A stretch of DNA of 32,000 nucleotides, taken from the NCBI RefSeq assembly GCF_000020385.1, contig NC_010814.1:510001-542000 (forward strand). Reading direction: 5' to 3'. This DNA is from Trichlorobacter lovleyi SZ. Lineage in GTDB: Bacteria; Desulfobacterota; Desulfuromonadia; Geobacterales; Pseudopelobacteraceae. Below, one piece after another: positions 8,243-15,607 of this stretch (within the stretch, counting starts at the first letter, position 1; every line of letters begins with the position of its first letter). Made by a program: the position numbers and the translations under genes. The notes under the pieces were generated by a model. The model had not been told where the DNA came from and made no database searches. It was given only the letters and a program-made list of their open reading frames with translations.

Positions 8243-9091
8243 TTACATTCCTCCGTAGCTGTGTAGACCGGACAGCAGCAGGTTGACACCCAGGTAGCAG
8301 AAAATGGTGGCTGCAAAGCCGATGATCGAGAGCCAGGCTGCCCGTTTGCCGACCCAGCCCTTGGTGAAGCGGGCATGCAGGAAGGCGGCATAGACAAACC
8401 AGACAATCAGCGACCAGGTCTCTTTGGGGTCCCAGCTCCAGTAGGTGCCCCAGGCATAGTTGGCCCAGGCCGCACCGGTGATGATCCCCAGGGTCAAAAG
8501 CGGAAAGCCGACCATGATCGCCTTGTAGTTCAGGTCGTCCAGCACCCGGGTGGGGGGAAAGACCGACAGGATTCCATCGGCAGGTTCGGTACTGCTTGCT
8601 TCGCTTTTGGCCTTGATCAGGTACATGATCGAGACGCCGCAGGCCACGGCAAAGGCGGCATAGCCCAGAAAGCAGCTGATGACATGGTAGGTCAGCCAGT
8701 TGCTCTGCAGGGCCGGCATCAAGGGACTGATGTCGCTGGGCAGGTAGAGCTGGCCCCAGGTCATGCCCAGCAGGGCAAACGGCATCACAAAGGCGCCGAT
8801 CACCCGGTAGTGGTATTTTGCATCAATGATCCCGAAGATCAGCACGATGCTCCAGGCAAAAAATACCACTGATTCGTACAGGTTGGACATCGGCGCATGG
8901 CCGACTCCCATGTCGTAGGACTCTTTCCAGCGCAGCCCCAGTGCGACGGTCTGGAGGGCAAAACCGGTCCAGGCCAGAACGGAACCTGCCAGGCCGATCT
9001 GCTTGTTGCGCCCGGCCAGGTAGATGAAGAAGGCCAGGGTGGAGAGCATGTAGAAGATGGTGGTACCGTTCATCAATGATCCGCTGTTCAT
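8243..9091 (-). CDS. ccsA: Cytochrome c biogenesis protein CcsA/ResC (system II heme handling)
   Basis: 282 aa, polytopic, with the tryptophan-rich WWD motif WANYAWGTYWSWDPKETWS and conserved His residues. Overlaps ccsB by 4 nt. Confidence 0.9.
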   Translation of the reverse strand: MNSGSLMNGTTIFYMLSTLAFFIYLAGRNKQIGLAGSVLAWTGFALQTVALGLRWKESYDMGVGHAPMSNLYESVVFFAWSIVLIFGIIDAKYHYRVIGAFVMPFALLGMTWGQLYLPSDISPLMPALQSNWLTYHVISCFLGYAAFAVACGVSIMYLIKAKSEASSTEPADGILSVFPPTRVLDDLNYKAIMVGFPLLTLGIITGAAWANYAWGTYWSWDPKETWSLIVWFVYAAFLHARFTKGWVGKRAAWLSIIGFAATIFCYLGVNLLLSGLHSYGGM

Positions 9092-10473
9092 CGTGTCTCC
9101 TCCTGCTGCAGTGTTGCCTTCAGTTGTTGTTCGATCCGCTCAATGCGCTGACGGAAGGCTGCCTGGGACTTGGTGGTATGACCGGCAATCACCAGTCTGC
9201 CCTGGCCAAATCTGAACCAGATCCGCTGGTGCGGCAGGAAAAAGGCTACATACAGCCCGACGCACATCAGCAGGCTGCCGATCCAGACCACCCAGACACC
9301 GGGGTCCTTGTTGACCTGCAGGCCGGTATACGGGCGTTCGGTGCCACCCTGGTAGGTGATGACCGGCAGGTTGTGTTTGGCTGCCTCACGTCTGTTCTCT
9401 TCAGGGTAGTTGGCAAGGCTCAACAAGGTCACTGCTGCGCCGCCATTGGCGGGATGCACGTCAATCCTGGCCGCCGGTCCGGTCTTGCCCGGCAGGAATG
9501 GCGAGACATCCTGTACCGCCTCAATCAGGTGCATGCTGCTGCCGTCCGGCAGATGGGCGGTTTCTTCACTGCCGACCGTCAGGCGTGTGGTACCGACGGT
9601 AAAGGTGTGGTTACCAGTGGTGCCGTAACTGGACTGATAAAAGGTGATCCCCTTGTAGGTCAACGGATCGTTGACGATCAGGCGGGCATGTTTGTAGCCG
9701 GGAATCTCCTTGCCATTCTCGGTAAGAGTCAGGATGCTCTTGAACTCTTTGGGCATCTGACTGGGGCCGCCACCGGGGGCATCATAGAAACTGACCGTAA
9801 ACTGGTCGCAGCGCAGCTCAAAACCGAGCGGCCGCTGCTGCCCTTTGCGGTCGGTGAAGCTGGAGACGGTACTGCCTTCCGGTATGGCCACAAAGCCCTT
9901 GAAACCGAAGATATTACCGATAATGGCGCCAATGAAGATCAGGATCACGCTGGCATGTACGCCATAGACCGCCAGTCTGGCCCAGGGGCGCTGCTGCACA
10001 AACAGGTGCAGTTCATGATCCTTTTCGGTCAGTACCGGTTTGCCTGCAACGGCAGCGATCGCTGCGGTCAGTCTGGCACGGTCAACAGATTCCGGGACGG
10101 TTAAAACAGCGCTGCAGGTGGCGGCTGCTTCCTGGGCGCTGCTGAGGGTGATGTCCGGTCTGGTGGCGATCCGCCAGACATGGGGCAGTCGTTTGATGGT
10201 GCAGGCCAGCAGGTTGATCGACAGCAGGGCCAAAAGCCCCTGAAACCACCAGGCGTGGTACATGTCAAAGAAGCCGAGCAAGGCATAGAGGCGGAAACGG
10301 TTGCCCTGTTCACCGCCGATGGATGCGACATATTCAGGGGGCAGTTGCCCCTGGGGAATAACGGTCCCGATGATGGAAACCAGGGCCAGCAGAATCAGTA
10401 CAGCCATGGTCAGGCGCAGCGAGGCAAGGGTCTGCATGACCTTGTCGCTGACCGAACGGTGTTCAGTCGTCAT
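9088..10473 (-). CDS. ccsB: Cytochrome c biogenesis protein CcsB/ResB (system II)
   Basis: 461 aa. The N-terminus ...TLASLRLTMAVLILLALVSIIGTVIPQG is the typical ResB start. A large periplasmic domain and C-terminal TM follow. AGGAG lies upstream of the ATG. Confidence 0.9.
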   Translation of the reverse strand: MTTEHRSVSDKVMQTLASLRLTMAVLILLALVSIIGTVIPQGQLPPEYVASIGGEQGNRFRLYALLGFFDMYHAWWFQGLLALLSINLLACTIKRLPHVWRIATRPDITLSSAQEAAATCSAVLTVPESVDRARLTAAIAAVAGKPVLTEKDHELHLFVQQRPWARLAVYGVHASVILIFIGAIIGNIFGFKGFVAIPEGSTVSSFTDRKGQQRPLGFELRCDQFTVSFYDAPGGGPSQMPKEFKSILTLTENGKEIPGYKHARLIVNDPLTYKGITFYQSSYGTTGNHTFTVGTTRLTVGSEETAHLPDGSSMHLIEAVQDVSPFLPGKTGPAARIDVHPANGGAAVTLLSLANYPEENRREAAKHNLPVITYQGGTERPYTGLQVNKDPGVWVVWIGSLLMCVGLYVAFFLPHQRIWFRFGQGRLVIAGHTTKSQAAFRQRIERIEQQLKATLQQEETR

Positions 10474-10564
10474 AGGTGGATCTCCTGAAACAGATAATCA
10501 GTCTTTGCAGCCAGGTGGCGCAAAGGAACAGGCAGAAAATGCCGCTAGGATGCTGTGATTACAG

Positions 10565-10921
10565 TCAGGAGAGGTTTTGCGGAGGTACAAAGATGGAGAG
10601 ATAGACTTGCGGTGGTGTTTGAGGCGTAGAGAGATTAAAACTGCTGGCAATGGCAACCGGTAAAGGAACGGTGACTGGAGCAAGGGTCAGTGGTGCATGG
10701 CAGGCACAGGCGCAGGCGGTTGTTGCACAGCCGTCATCCTGGTGTGTGTCTGCAGGGGTTTCTCCATGGCAGCCATCGCAATCAGCACTGGAGGCGGCTG
10801 TGCTGCGTGTATCGGGCAGATCCTGATGACTCAGTGCAGCCACCGGAGCCATCAGGATCGTTGCCAGTGCCAGTATGCTCAACAGGGTTGTGCTGATTAT
10901 GCGGATACGTGTTTGTAGCAT
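10565..10921 (-). CDS. Small secreted Cys/His-rich protein, paralog 3 (C-terminal FVPPQN motif; contains one CxxCH)
   Basis: ATG at 10921 gives MLQTRIRIISTTLLSILALATILMAPVAALS (signal peptide). The core is SADCDGCHGETPADTHQDDGCATTACACACHAPLT and the C-terminus is PPQVYLSIFVPPQNLS. An alternative TTG start at 10957 overlaps the terC stop (TTGA). The start is therefore uncertain. Confidence 0.6.
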   Translation of the reverse strand: MLQTRIRIISTTLLSILALATILMAPVAALSHQDLPDTRSTAASSADCDGCHGETPADTHQDDGCATTACACACHAPLTLAPVTVPLPVAIASSFNLSTPQTPPQVYLSIFVPPQNLS

Positions 10922-10946
10922 ACCGTTACAGTAGGGAATTGGCGTA

Positions 10947-11044
10947 CTGTTTGTCAAGCTGTTTCCAGCAACTCATCGGTTTCCGGTTTCCGTAAAAGTA
11001 GTGAGGCAACCACTGCGATCGCCAGGGTCACCACAATCACTGCC
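10947..11044. repeat. terC 3' end, repeat copy B (the intact source copy)
   Basis: Near-identical to 5253-5349. It covers the last TM helix, the C-terminal tail, the stop codon and 7 nt beyond the terC stop. Confidence 0.85.
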
Positions 11045-11892
11045 AGTGACAGACTGATCGGAATATGGAACCCCAGCATCATCAGGATCATCTTGACCCC
11101 CACAAAGGCCAGGATCAGGGCGATGCCGAACTTCAGGTAGGCAAACATCCCCATCAGGTTCGAGAGCAGAAAGAAGAGCGATCTGAGTCCCATGATGGCA
11201 AAGACGTTGGAGGTCAGTACGATAAACGGGTCCAGGGTAATGGCAAAGATGGCCGGAATCGAGTCCATGGCAAAGACCAGGTCGCTGCTCTCCACCACCA
11301 GCAGTACCATGAAGAGTGGACTGGCAATCCAGAGCTGCATGCGACGGGTAATAAACCAGTCGCCACGGATCCGCTTGGTCATCGGCAGGAAGCGGCGGGC
11401 CAGCTTGACCAGCGGGTTCTTGTCCGGCTCAATCTCGTCATCGCCGCTGAAGGCCATCTTCCAGGCGGTGTAGACCAGTAGTGCGCCAAAGATATAGAAA
11501 AGCCATTGGAACTCTTTCAGCAGTGCTGCGCCGATGAAGATGAAGACCAGCCGCATTACGATGGCACCCAGAATACCCCATTTCAAAACCTTGGCCTGCA
11601 GTTCACCCCGTACCCCGAAGACCGTGAAGATCATGATGAAGACAAACAGGTTGTCCACTGAGAGCGACTGTTCAATCAGGTAGCCGGTCAGAAACTCCAG
11701 TGCCTTCTGCTGGCCCATGGTGTACCAGATTCCGCCACCGAACAGCAGAGCCAGAAGCATCCAGACCACGGTCCAGGTGGCTGCTTTTTTGAAGCTGACC
11801 CGGCCGCTCTTGCGGTTCAGGCTCAGGTCTATGACCAGCATAAAGCTGATCAGGGCTGCAAAGACGATCCACATGATGGTGGTAGGTGACAT
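10954..11892 (-). CDS. terC: TerC-family integral membrane protein (Alx/YkoY-like, Mn-associated)
   Basis: 312 aa. Contains LTGYLIEQSLSVDNLFVFIMIF and a second half-repeat ESSDLVFAMDSIPAIFAIT, both typical of the TerC family. Confidence 0.9.
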   Translation of the reverse strand: MSPTTIMWIVFAALISFMLVIDLSLNRKSGRVSFKKAATWTVVWMLLALLFGGGIWYTMGQQKALEFLTGYLIEQSLSVDNLFVFIMIFTVFGVRGELQAKVLKWGILGAIVMRLVFIFIGAALLKEFQWLFYIFGALLVYTAWKMAFSGDDEIEPDKNPLVKLARRFLPMTKRIRGDWFITRRMQLWIASPLFMVLLVVESSDLVFAMDSIPAIFAITLDPFIVLTSNVFAIMGLRSLFFLLSNLMGMFAYLKFGIALILAFVGVKMILMMLGFHIPISLSLAVIVVTLAIAVVASLLLRKPETDELLETA

Positions 11893-11915
11893 GGTAGTTC
11901 CTTTACAACAACTGT

Positions 11916-12503
11916 TTAGAGTGAGAACAGGCGCCAGCCCATGGCAACGCCAAACACCAGAAACATGAAGCCGGCAGTGCGGTGAATCCAGCAGACCGGG
12001 ATATACTTGACCAGTTGTTTGCCGGCAAAGATGCCGATCAACGAAACCAGCCAGAGCGCCAGGGTTGAGGCAACAAAAACGGTGACGATGCCGGACAGGC
12101 TGCCGGAGTGTTGGGCTGCCTGACTGGCGGTCACCAGCTGGGTCTTGTCACCCAGCTCTGCCATGAAGATCATCAGAAAGGCGGTCCGCACCGCATCAGC
12201 TGCAGTGGGGGGCGGAGTATCGTCATCTCCGGCATCACAGGCATTTTTCAGGGTACTGTAGCCAAAGTACAGAAACAACAGGGCTGAAACCAGGGTGACC
12301 CAGAAGATCGGCAGTACCAGAAACAGGATCTTCCCCACCAGTACCGCTGCTAGGTTCAGCACGGTAAAGGCTGCGGCAATGCCGATGAAGATCCGTTTCC
12401 AGGGGTAGCGCAGTGCCAGGGCCATGGCAGTGAGCTGGGTCTTGTCACCCAGCTCCGCCAGAAAGATCAGACCAAAGCTGCTGATAAAAGTGGACAGTTC
12501 CAC
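11916..12503 (-). CDS. GDT1/UPF0016 (TMEM165/MneA-like) cation (Mn2+/Ca2+) transporter
   Basis: 195 aa with the duplicated signature E-x-G-D-K-T (FLAELGDKTQLTAMAL and FMAELGDKTQLVTASQ) in two 3-TM halves. The GTG start directly abuts the lemA stop. Confidence 0.85.
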   Translation of the reverse strand: MELSTFISSFGLIFLAELGDKTQLTAMALALRYPWKRIFIGIAAAFTVLNLAAVLVGKILFLVLPIFWVTLVSALLFLYFGYSTLKNACDAGDDDTPPPTAADAVRTAFLMIFMAELGDKTQLVTASQAAQHSGSLSGIVTVFVASTLALWLVSLIGIFAGKQLVKYIPVCWIHRTAGFMFLVFGVAMGWRLFSL

Positions 12504-13088
12504 CTAGAACTTCACTTTCGGTGCAACCTTGGCCCCTTCTTCGGCCTTGAACGGCTCCTTGCGCTGCAGGTGCAGCAGCATGGAGTTGGTCAGTGAGTTG
12601 GGGAAGGTGCGGATGCTGGTGTTAAAGGCCTGTACCTGCTTGTTGTAGCGCTCACGGGCCACGTTGATCCGGTTTTCAGTCCCTTCCAGCTGTTTCTGCA
12701 GATCAAGGAAGTTCTGGTTGGCCTTCAGGTCAGGATACTTCTCTGCCACCACCATCAGGCGGGACAGGGCGCCGGACATCTGGCCCTGCATCTGCTGGAA
12801 CTTGGCAATGGCAGCCGGGTCATTGATGATCTCCTTGCCCACCTTCATACCACCCACACTTGCGCGGGCCTCGGTGACCGCCTTCAAGGTATCGGCTTCA
12901 TGCTTGGCGTACCCTTTAACCACCTCAACCAGATTGGGGATCAGGTCGTTACGGCGTTGATAGGCGGATTCCACATCGCCCCAGGCAGCTATTACCGCTT
13001 CTTCATTGGCCTGCATGGTGTTGTAGCCACAACCGGACAGCATGCCCATCAGCAGGGTGCCCATAATCAACAGCATGATTCGTTTCAT
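12504..13088 (-). CDS. lemA: LemA-family protein (lipoprotein form)
   Basis: 194 aa. Has a lipobox (LSGC) and then YNTMQANEEAVIAAWGDVESAYQRRNDLIPNLVEVVKGYAKHE...NRINVARERYNKQVQAFNTSIRTFP, the canonical LemA pattern. Confidence 0.9.
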   Translation of the reverse strand: MKRIMLLIMGTLLMGMLSGCGYNTMQANEEAVIAAWGDVESAYQRRNDLIPNLVEVVKGYAKHEADTLKAVTEARASVGGMKVGKEIINDPAAIAKFQQMQGQMSGALSRLMVVAEKYPDLKANQNFLDLQKQLEGTENRINVARERYNKQVQAFNTSIRTFPNSLTNSMLLHLQRKEPFKAEEGAKVAPKVKF

Positions 13089-13321
13089 TGTGATTCCTCC
13101 GCTTTCTCAGGTTTCTTAACTTTTTTTTCAATGTAGGTCTTGACCTTGTGCAACAAATCCCTGGCCCAGACGAATTCAGTGGCCAGTATGCCCAGGCCCA
13201 GCGGTATCACCACGATTGCCGGGCCAGGGGTAAAGATCATGATGATGCCGATGATCACCACCGTGATGCCAATTACCGCCACCACCAGCTGGCGGGCCTT
13301 GCGCAGGGTCCAGTGCAGCAT
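13085..13321 (-). CDS. Small two-TM membrane protein, PGPGW-like
   Basis: 78 aa. VVAVIGITVVIIGIIMIFTPGPAIVVIPLGLGILATEFVWARDLL matches my memory of the PGPGW transmembrane family. The start overlaps the htpX stop (TAATG) and the stop overlaps the lemA start (ATGA). Confidence 0.55.
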   Translation of the reverse strand: MLHWTLRKARQLVVAVIGITVVIIGIIMIFTPGPAIVVIPLGLGILATEFVWARDLLHKVKTYIEKKVKKPEKAEESQ

Positions 13322-14178
13322 TAACGCTGGGCCATGGCCTGTAGACGGGCGATCCGCTCTTCCATGGGCGGATGGGTGGAGAACAGGCTCATCATGCCGC
13401 CGCCGGTAAGCGGATTGACGATGAACATGTGGGCCGTGGCCGGTGTGGCATCATGCATCGGAATCTGGTGTGACGCATTCTGCAGCCGTCCCAGGGCACT
13501 GGCCAGGGCGCGGGGCTTGCCGCAGATCTCGGCGCCGGTTGCGTCGGCCAGATATTCCCGCGAGCGGGAGACCGCCATCTGGATCAGCATCGCCATAAAG
13601 GGGGCCAGAATGGCCATGGCCAGTGAACCGACCAGGCCGCCAAGGCCGCCCCCTTCTTCGTCATCCCGTCCGGCACCCAGCATGGCGCCCCATTGCAGCA
13701 TGCTGCCGATCATGGAAATGGCACCGGCAAAGGTGGCGGCAATGGTGGAGATCAGGATGTCGCGGTTCTTGACATGCCCCAGCTCATGGGCCATCACCCC
13801 TTCCAGCTCCTCAGGGGAGAGAATCCGCAGGATGCCTTCCGTGGCTGCTACGGCAGCATGGCTGGGGTTGCGGCCGGTGGCAAAGGCGTTGGGTGATTGA
13901 TCCGGAATGATATAGACCTTGGGCATCGGCAGACCAGCCCGCTGTGCCAGCCGTTCTACCATGCCATAAAAAGCCGGGTTCTCACTGCGGGTGATCTCCT
14001 GAGCGCCGTACATCCGCAGTACGATCTTGTCCGAGAACCAATAGCTGCCGAAGTTCATGACTGCCGCCATGACAAAGGCGATCAACATGCCGCCTGACCC
14101 GCCGATTGCGCCCCCCATGGCCACCAACAGCACGGTTAACAGTGACAGTAACAAGGTTGTTTTAAACTGGTTCAACAT
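13321..14178 (-). CDS. htpX: Zinc metalloprotease HtpX (M48 family)
   Basis: HEXXH motif [12 protein letters not shown], four TM segments, and C-terminus [14 protein letters not shown]. The ATG at 14178 has GGAGGA 6 nt upstream. The longer track ORF (to 14256) would run into the riboswitch terminator, so it is rejected. Confidence 0.9.
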   Translation of the reverse strand: MLNQFKTTLLLSLLTVLLVAMGGAIGGSGGMLIAFVMAAVMNFGSYWFSDKIVLRMYGAQEITRSENPAFYGMVERLAQRAGLPMPKVYIIPDQSPNAFATGRNPSHAAVAATEGILRILSPEELEGVMAHELGHVKNRDILISTIAATFAGAISMIGSMLQWGAMLGAGRDDEEGGGLGGLVGSLAMAILAPFMAMLIQMAVSRSREYLADATGAEICGKPRALASALGRLQNASHQIPMHDATPATAHMFIVNPLTGGGMMSLFSTHPPMEERIARLQAMAQR

Positions 14179-14222
14179 TTTGGGTTCCTCCGTTATGGTG
14201 CTTTGATAAAGCCGGGGAGGCC

Positions 14223-14279
14223 AAATAAAAAAGACCTTTACCCACGGCAAATACAACGAAAAGCCTGGGTAAAGGTCTT
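14223..14279 (-). terminator. Intrinsic terminator acting as the riboswitch expression platform
   Basis: Minus strand reads AAGACCUUUACCCA-(21-nt loop)-UGGGUAAAGGUCUU followed by UUUUAUUUGG. This is a perfect 14-bp stem. Its 5' arm overlaps the 3' strand of aptamer helix P1. Confidence 0.8.
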
Positions 14280-14380
14280 GCTGGCGATCTCTCGTCCCAC
14301 GTCCGAGCCCGTTTTACAGGACTGTCTTGACGAATCGTGGGCCGACCATGTCTCCGGTCGGTAGCTACTCCCCTTTACGT
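14269..14380 (-). promoter_or_regulatory. yybP-ykoY (Mn2+) riboswitch aptamer
   Basis: Minus strand reads ACGUAAAGGGGAGUAGCUACCGACCGGAGACAUGGUCGG...UUCGUCAAGACAG...GAGAGAUCGCCAGCAAGACCUUUAC. It carries the hallmark 5' AAAGGGGAGUAGC and 3' AGCAAGACCUUU blocks closed by P1 (GUAAAGG/CCUUUAC). These are nearly identical to the blocks I remember from the crystallised Lactococcus lactis Mn riboswitch. Downstream genes include TerC and UPF0016, the classic regulon. Confidence 0.85.
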
Positions 14381-14386
14381 AGTGAA

Positions 14387-14415
14387 ATCATAATCAGCCT
14401 TGCTATGCTTGTCAA
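14387..14415 (-). promoter_or_regulatory. Sigma70-type promoter for the riboswitch leader
   Basis: Minus strand has TTGACA (14415-14410), a 17-nt spacer and TATGAT (14392-14387). The predicted TSS is about 14380, right at the start of the aptamer. Confidence 0.6.
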
Positions 14416-14457
14416 GGGGATTCAATAGATGTTGTTGTTACGTTATTTCAACAGGTT

Positions 14458-15090
14458 TTACACAAGCAGGGTAAATTCACCACTGGCCGGGTGGTAGCTG
14501 TACAGGTTACCGGACTCAATGTCAAAGTACCAGCCGTGCAGGTCAAGTTTTCCGGCATCAACCCGCTCCTTGATCCAGGGAAAGGTCAGCAGGTTTTCCA
14601 GCGACACCAGAATCGAGGCATGTTCGCAGGCCTTGGCCTGACGCTCCGCTGAGGCATCTGAAAATGTTTCCAGCACCTGCTGCTTGGCCCGTTCAGCAAT
14701 ACTGACCCACTTGCTGATATATTCACCGTTCTTGTCAGACGGGATACCTTCCATCAGAGAACGGATACCGCCACAGTTGGAATGCCCCAGCACAATGACA
14801 TGTTCCACCTCAAGGTGGCAGACCGCATATTCAAGGGCGGCACTGACGCCGTGATAGGCCTGGTCATGTTCGCAGGGGGGAACCAGGTTGGCTACGTTGC
14901 GGACAATAAACAGATCACCCGGCTCGGAGCGGACCATCATGGACGGGTCAACCCGTGAATCACTGCAGCCGATCAGGACCACTTTGGGGCGCTGCCCCTG
15001 CTTCAGGCAATCAAACAGTTCCCGGTCTTCGTGGAAGTACTCCTCCTGGAAGTTACGGAAGCCGTGGATAAATTTCTGGATCTCCTGCAT
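14458..15090 (-). CDS. can: Beta-class carbonic anhydrase
   Basis: 210 aa. Contains IGCSDSRVDP, FIVRNVANLV and VLGHSNCGGI, which supply the Cys/His/Cys zinc ligands and Asp-Arg dyad of beta-carbonic anhydrases. Confidence 0.9.
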   Translation of the reverse strand: MQEIQKFIHGFRNFQEEYFHEDRELFDCLKQGQRPKVVLIGCSDSRVDPSMMVRSEPGDLFIVRNVANLVPPCEHDQAYHGVSAALEYAVCHLEVEHVIVLGHSNCGGIRSLMEGIPSDKNGEYISKWVSIAERAKQQVLETFSDASAERQAKACEHASILVSLENLLTFPWIKERVDAGKLDLHGWYFDIESGNLYSYHPASGEFTLLV

Positions 15091-15103
15091 TGCTGCTTCT
15101 CCC

Positions 15104-15607
15104 TCAAGCCTGCTTCAGGCGGGTCTGCAGCTCGCTGGATTTTTCCTCCAGCTCCTGCCGGGTGGCAGCACGGAACTGCTCCAGCCTGTCTGCCAGCTCA
15201 GGTCGTTTGATGGAAAGGATTGAAGCAGCCAGGTAGCCGGCATTCTTGCCGCCGTCAACGGCCACCGTAGCGACCGGAATGCCGGGAGGCATCTGCACCG
15301 TGGCATAGAGCGCATCCACACCGGCCAGGGCACCGGATTTCAGCGGGACACCGATTACCGGCAGGGTTGTGTGGGAGGCAACAACGCCGGCCAGGTGGGC
15401 AGCCATGCCTGCCCCGCAGATCAGGACTTCAATGCCCCGTTCACGGGCGGTGCGGGCGTAGACAGCAGTCTTGTCCGGCAGACGGTGGGCCGAACTGATA
15501 TCCATCTCCCAGCCAATTCCCAGTTGTGTCAGGACCTCGGCTGCCTTCTCCATTACCGGCAGATCGCTATCACTGCCCATTAAAATGCCAACCAACGGTT
15601 TGCTCAT
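15104..15607 (-). CDS. purE: N5-carboxyaminoimidazole ribonucleotide mutase (PurE)
   Basis: [19 protein letters not shown]...SAHRLPD...[27 protein letters not shown] is the canonical PurE sequence. The ATG at 15607 has AAGGAG 8 nt upstream. Confidence 0.92.
   Translation of the reverse strand: MSKPLVGILMGSDSDLPVMEKAAEVLTQLGIGWEMDISSAHRLPDKTAVYARTARERGIEVLICGAGMAAHLAGVVASHTTLPVIGVPLKSGALAGVDALYATVQMPPGIPVATVAVDGGKNAGYLAASILSIKRPELADRLEQFRAATRQELEEKSSELQTRLKQA

Noticed and set aside
9076-10104. 342-aa plus-strand ORF antisense to ccsB
   Set aside because: It is opposite a well-supported ResB/CcsB gene and has no domain signature. It is a GC-driven shadow ORF.
14179-14256. N-terminal extension of the htpX ORF (track start 14256)
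   Set aside because: It would start inside the riboswitch terminator hairpin. The ATG at 14178 has a strong GGAGGA SD and gives the canonical HtpX N-terminus.
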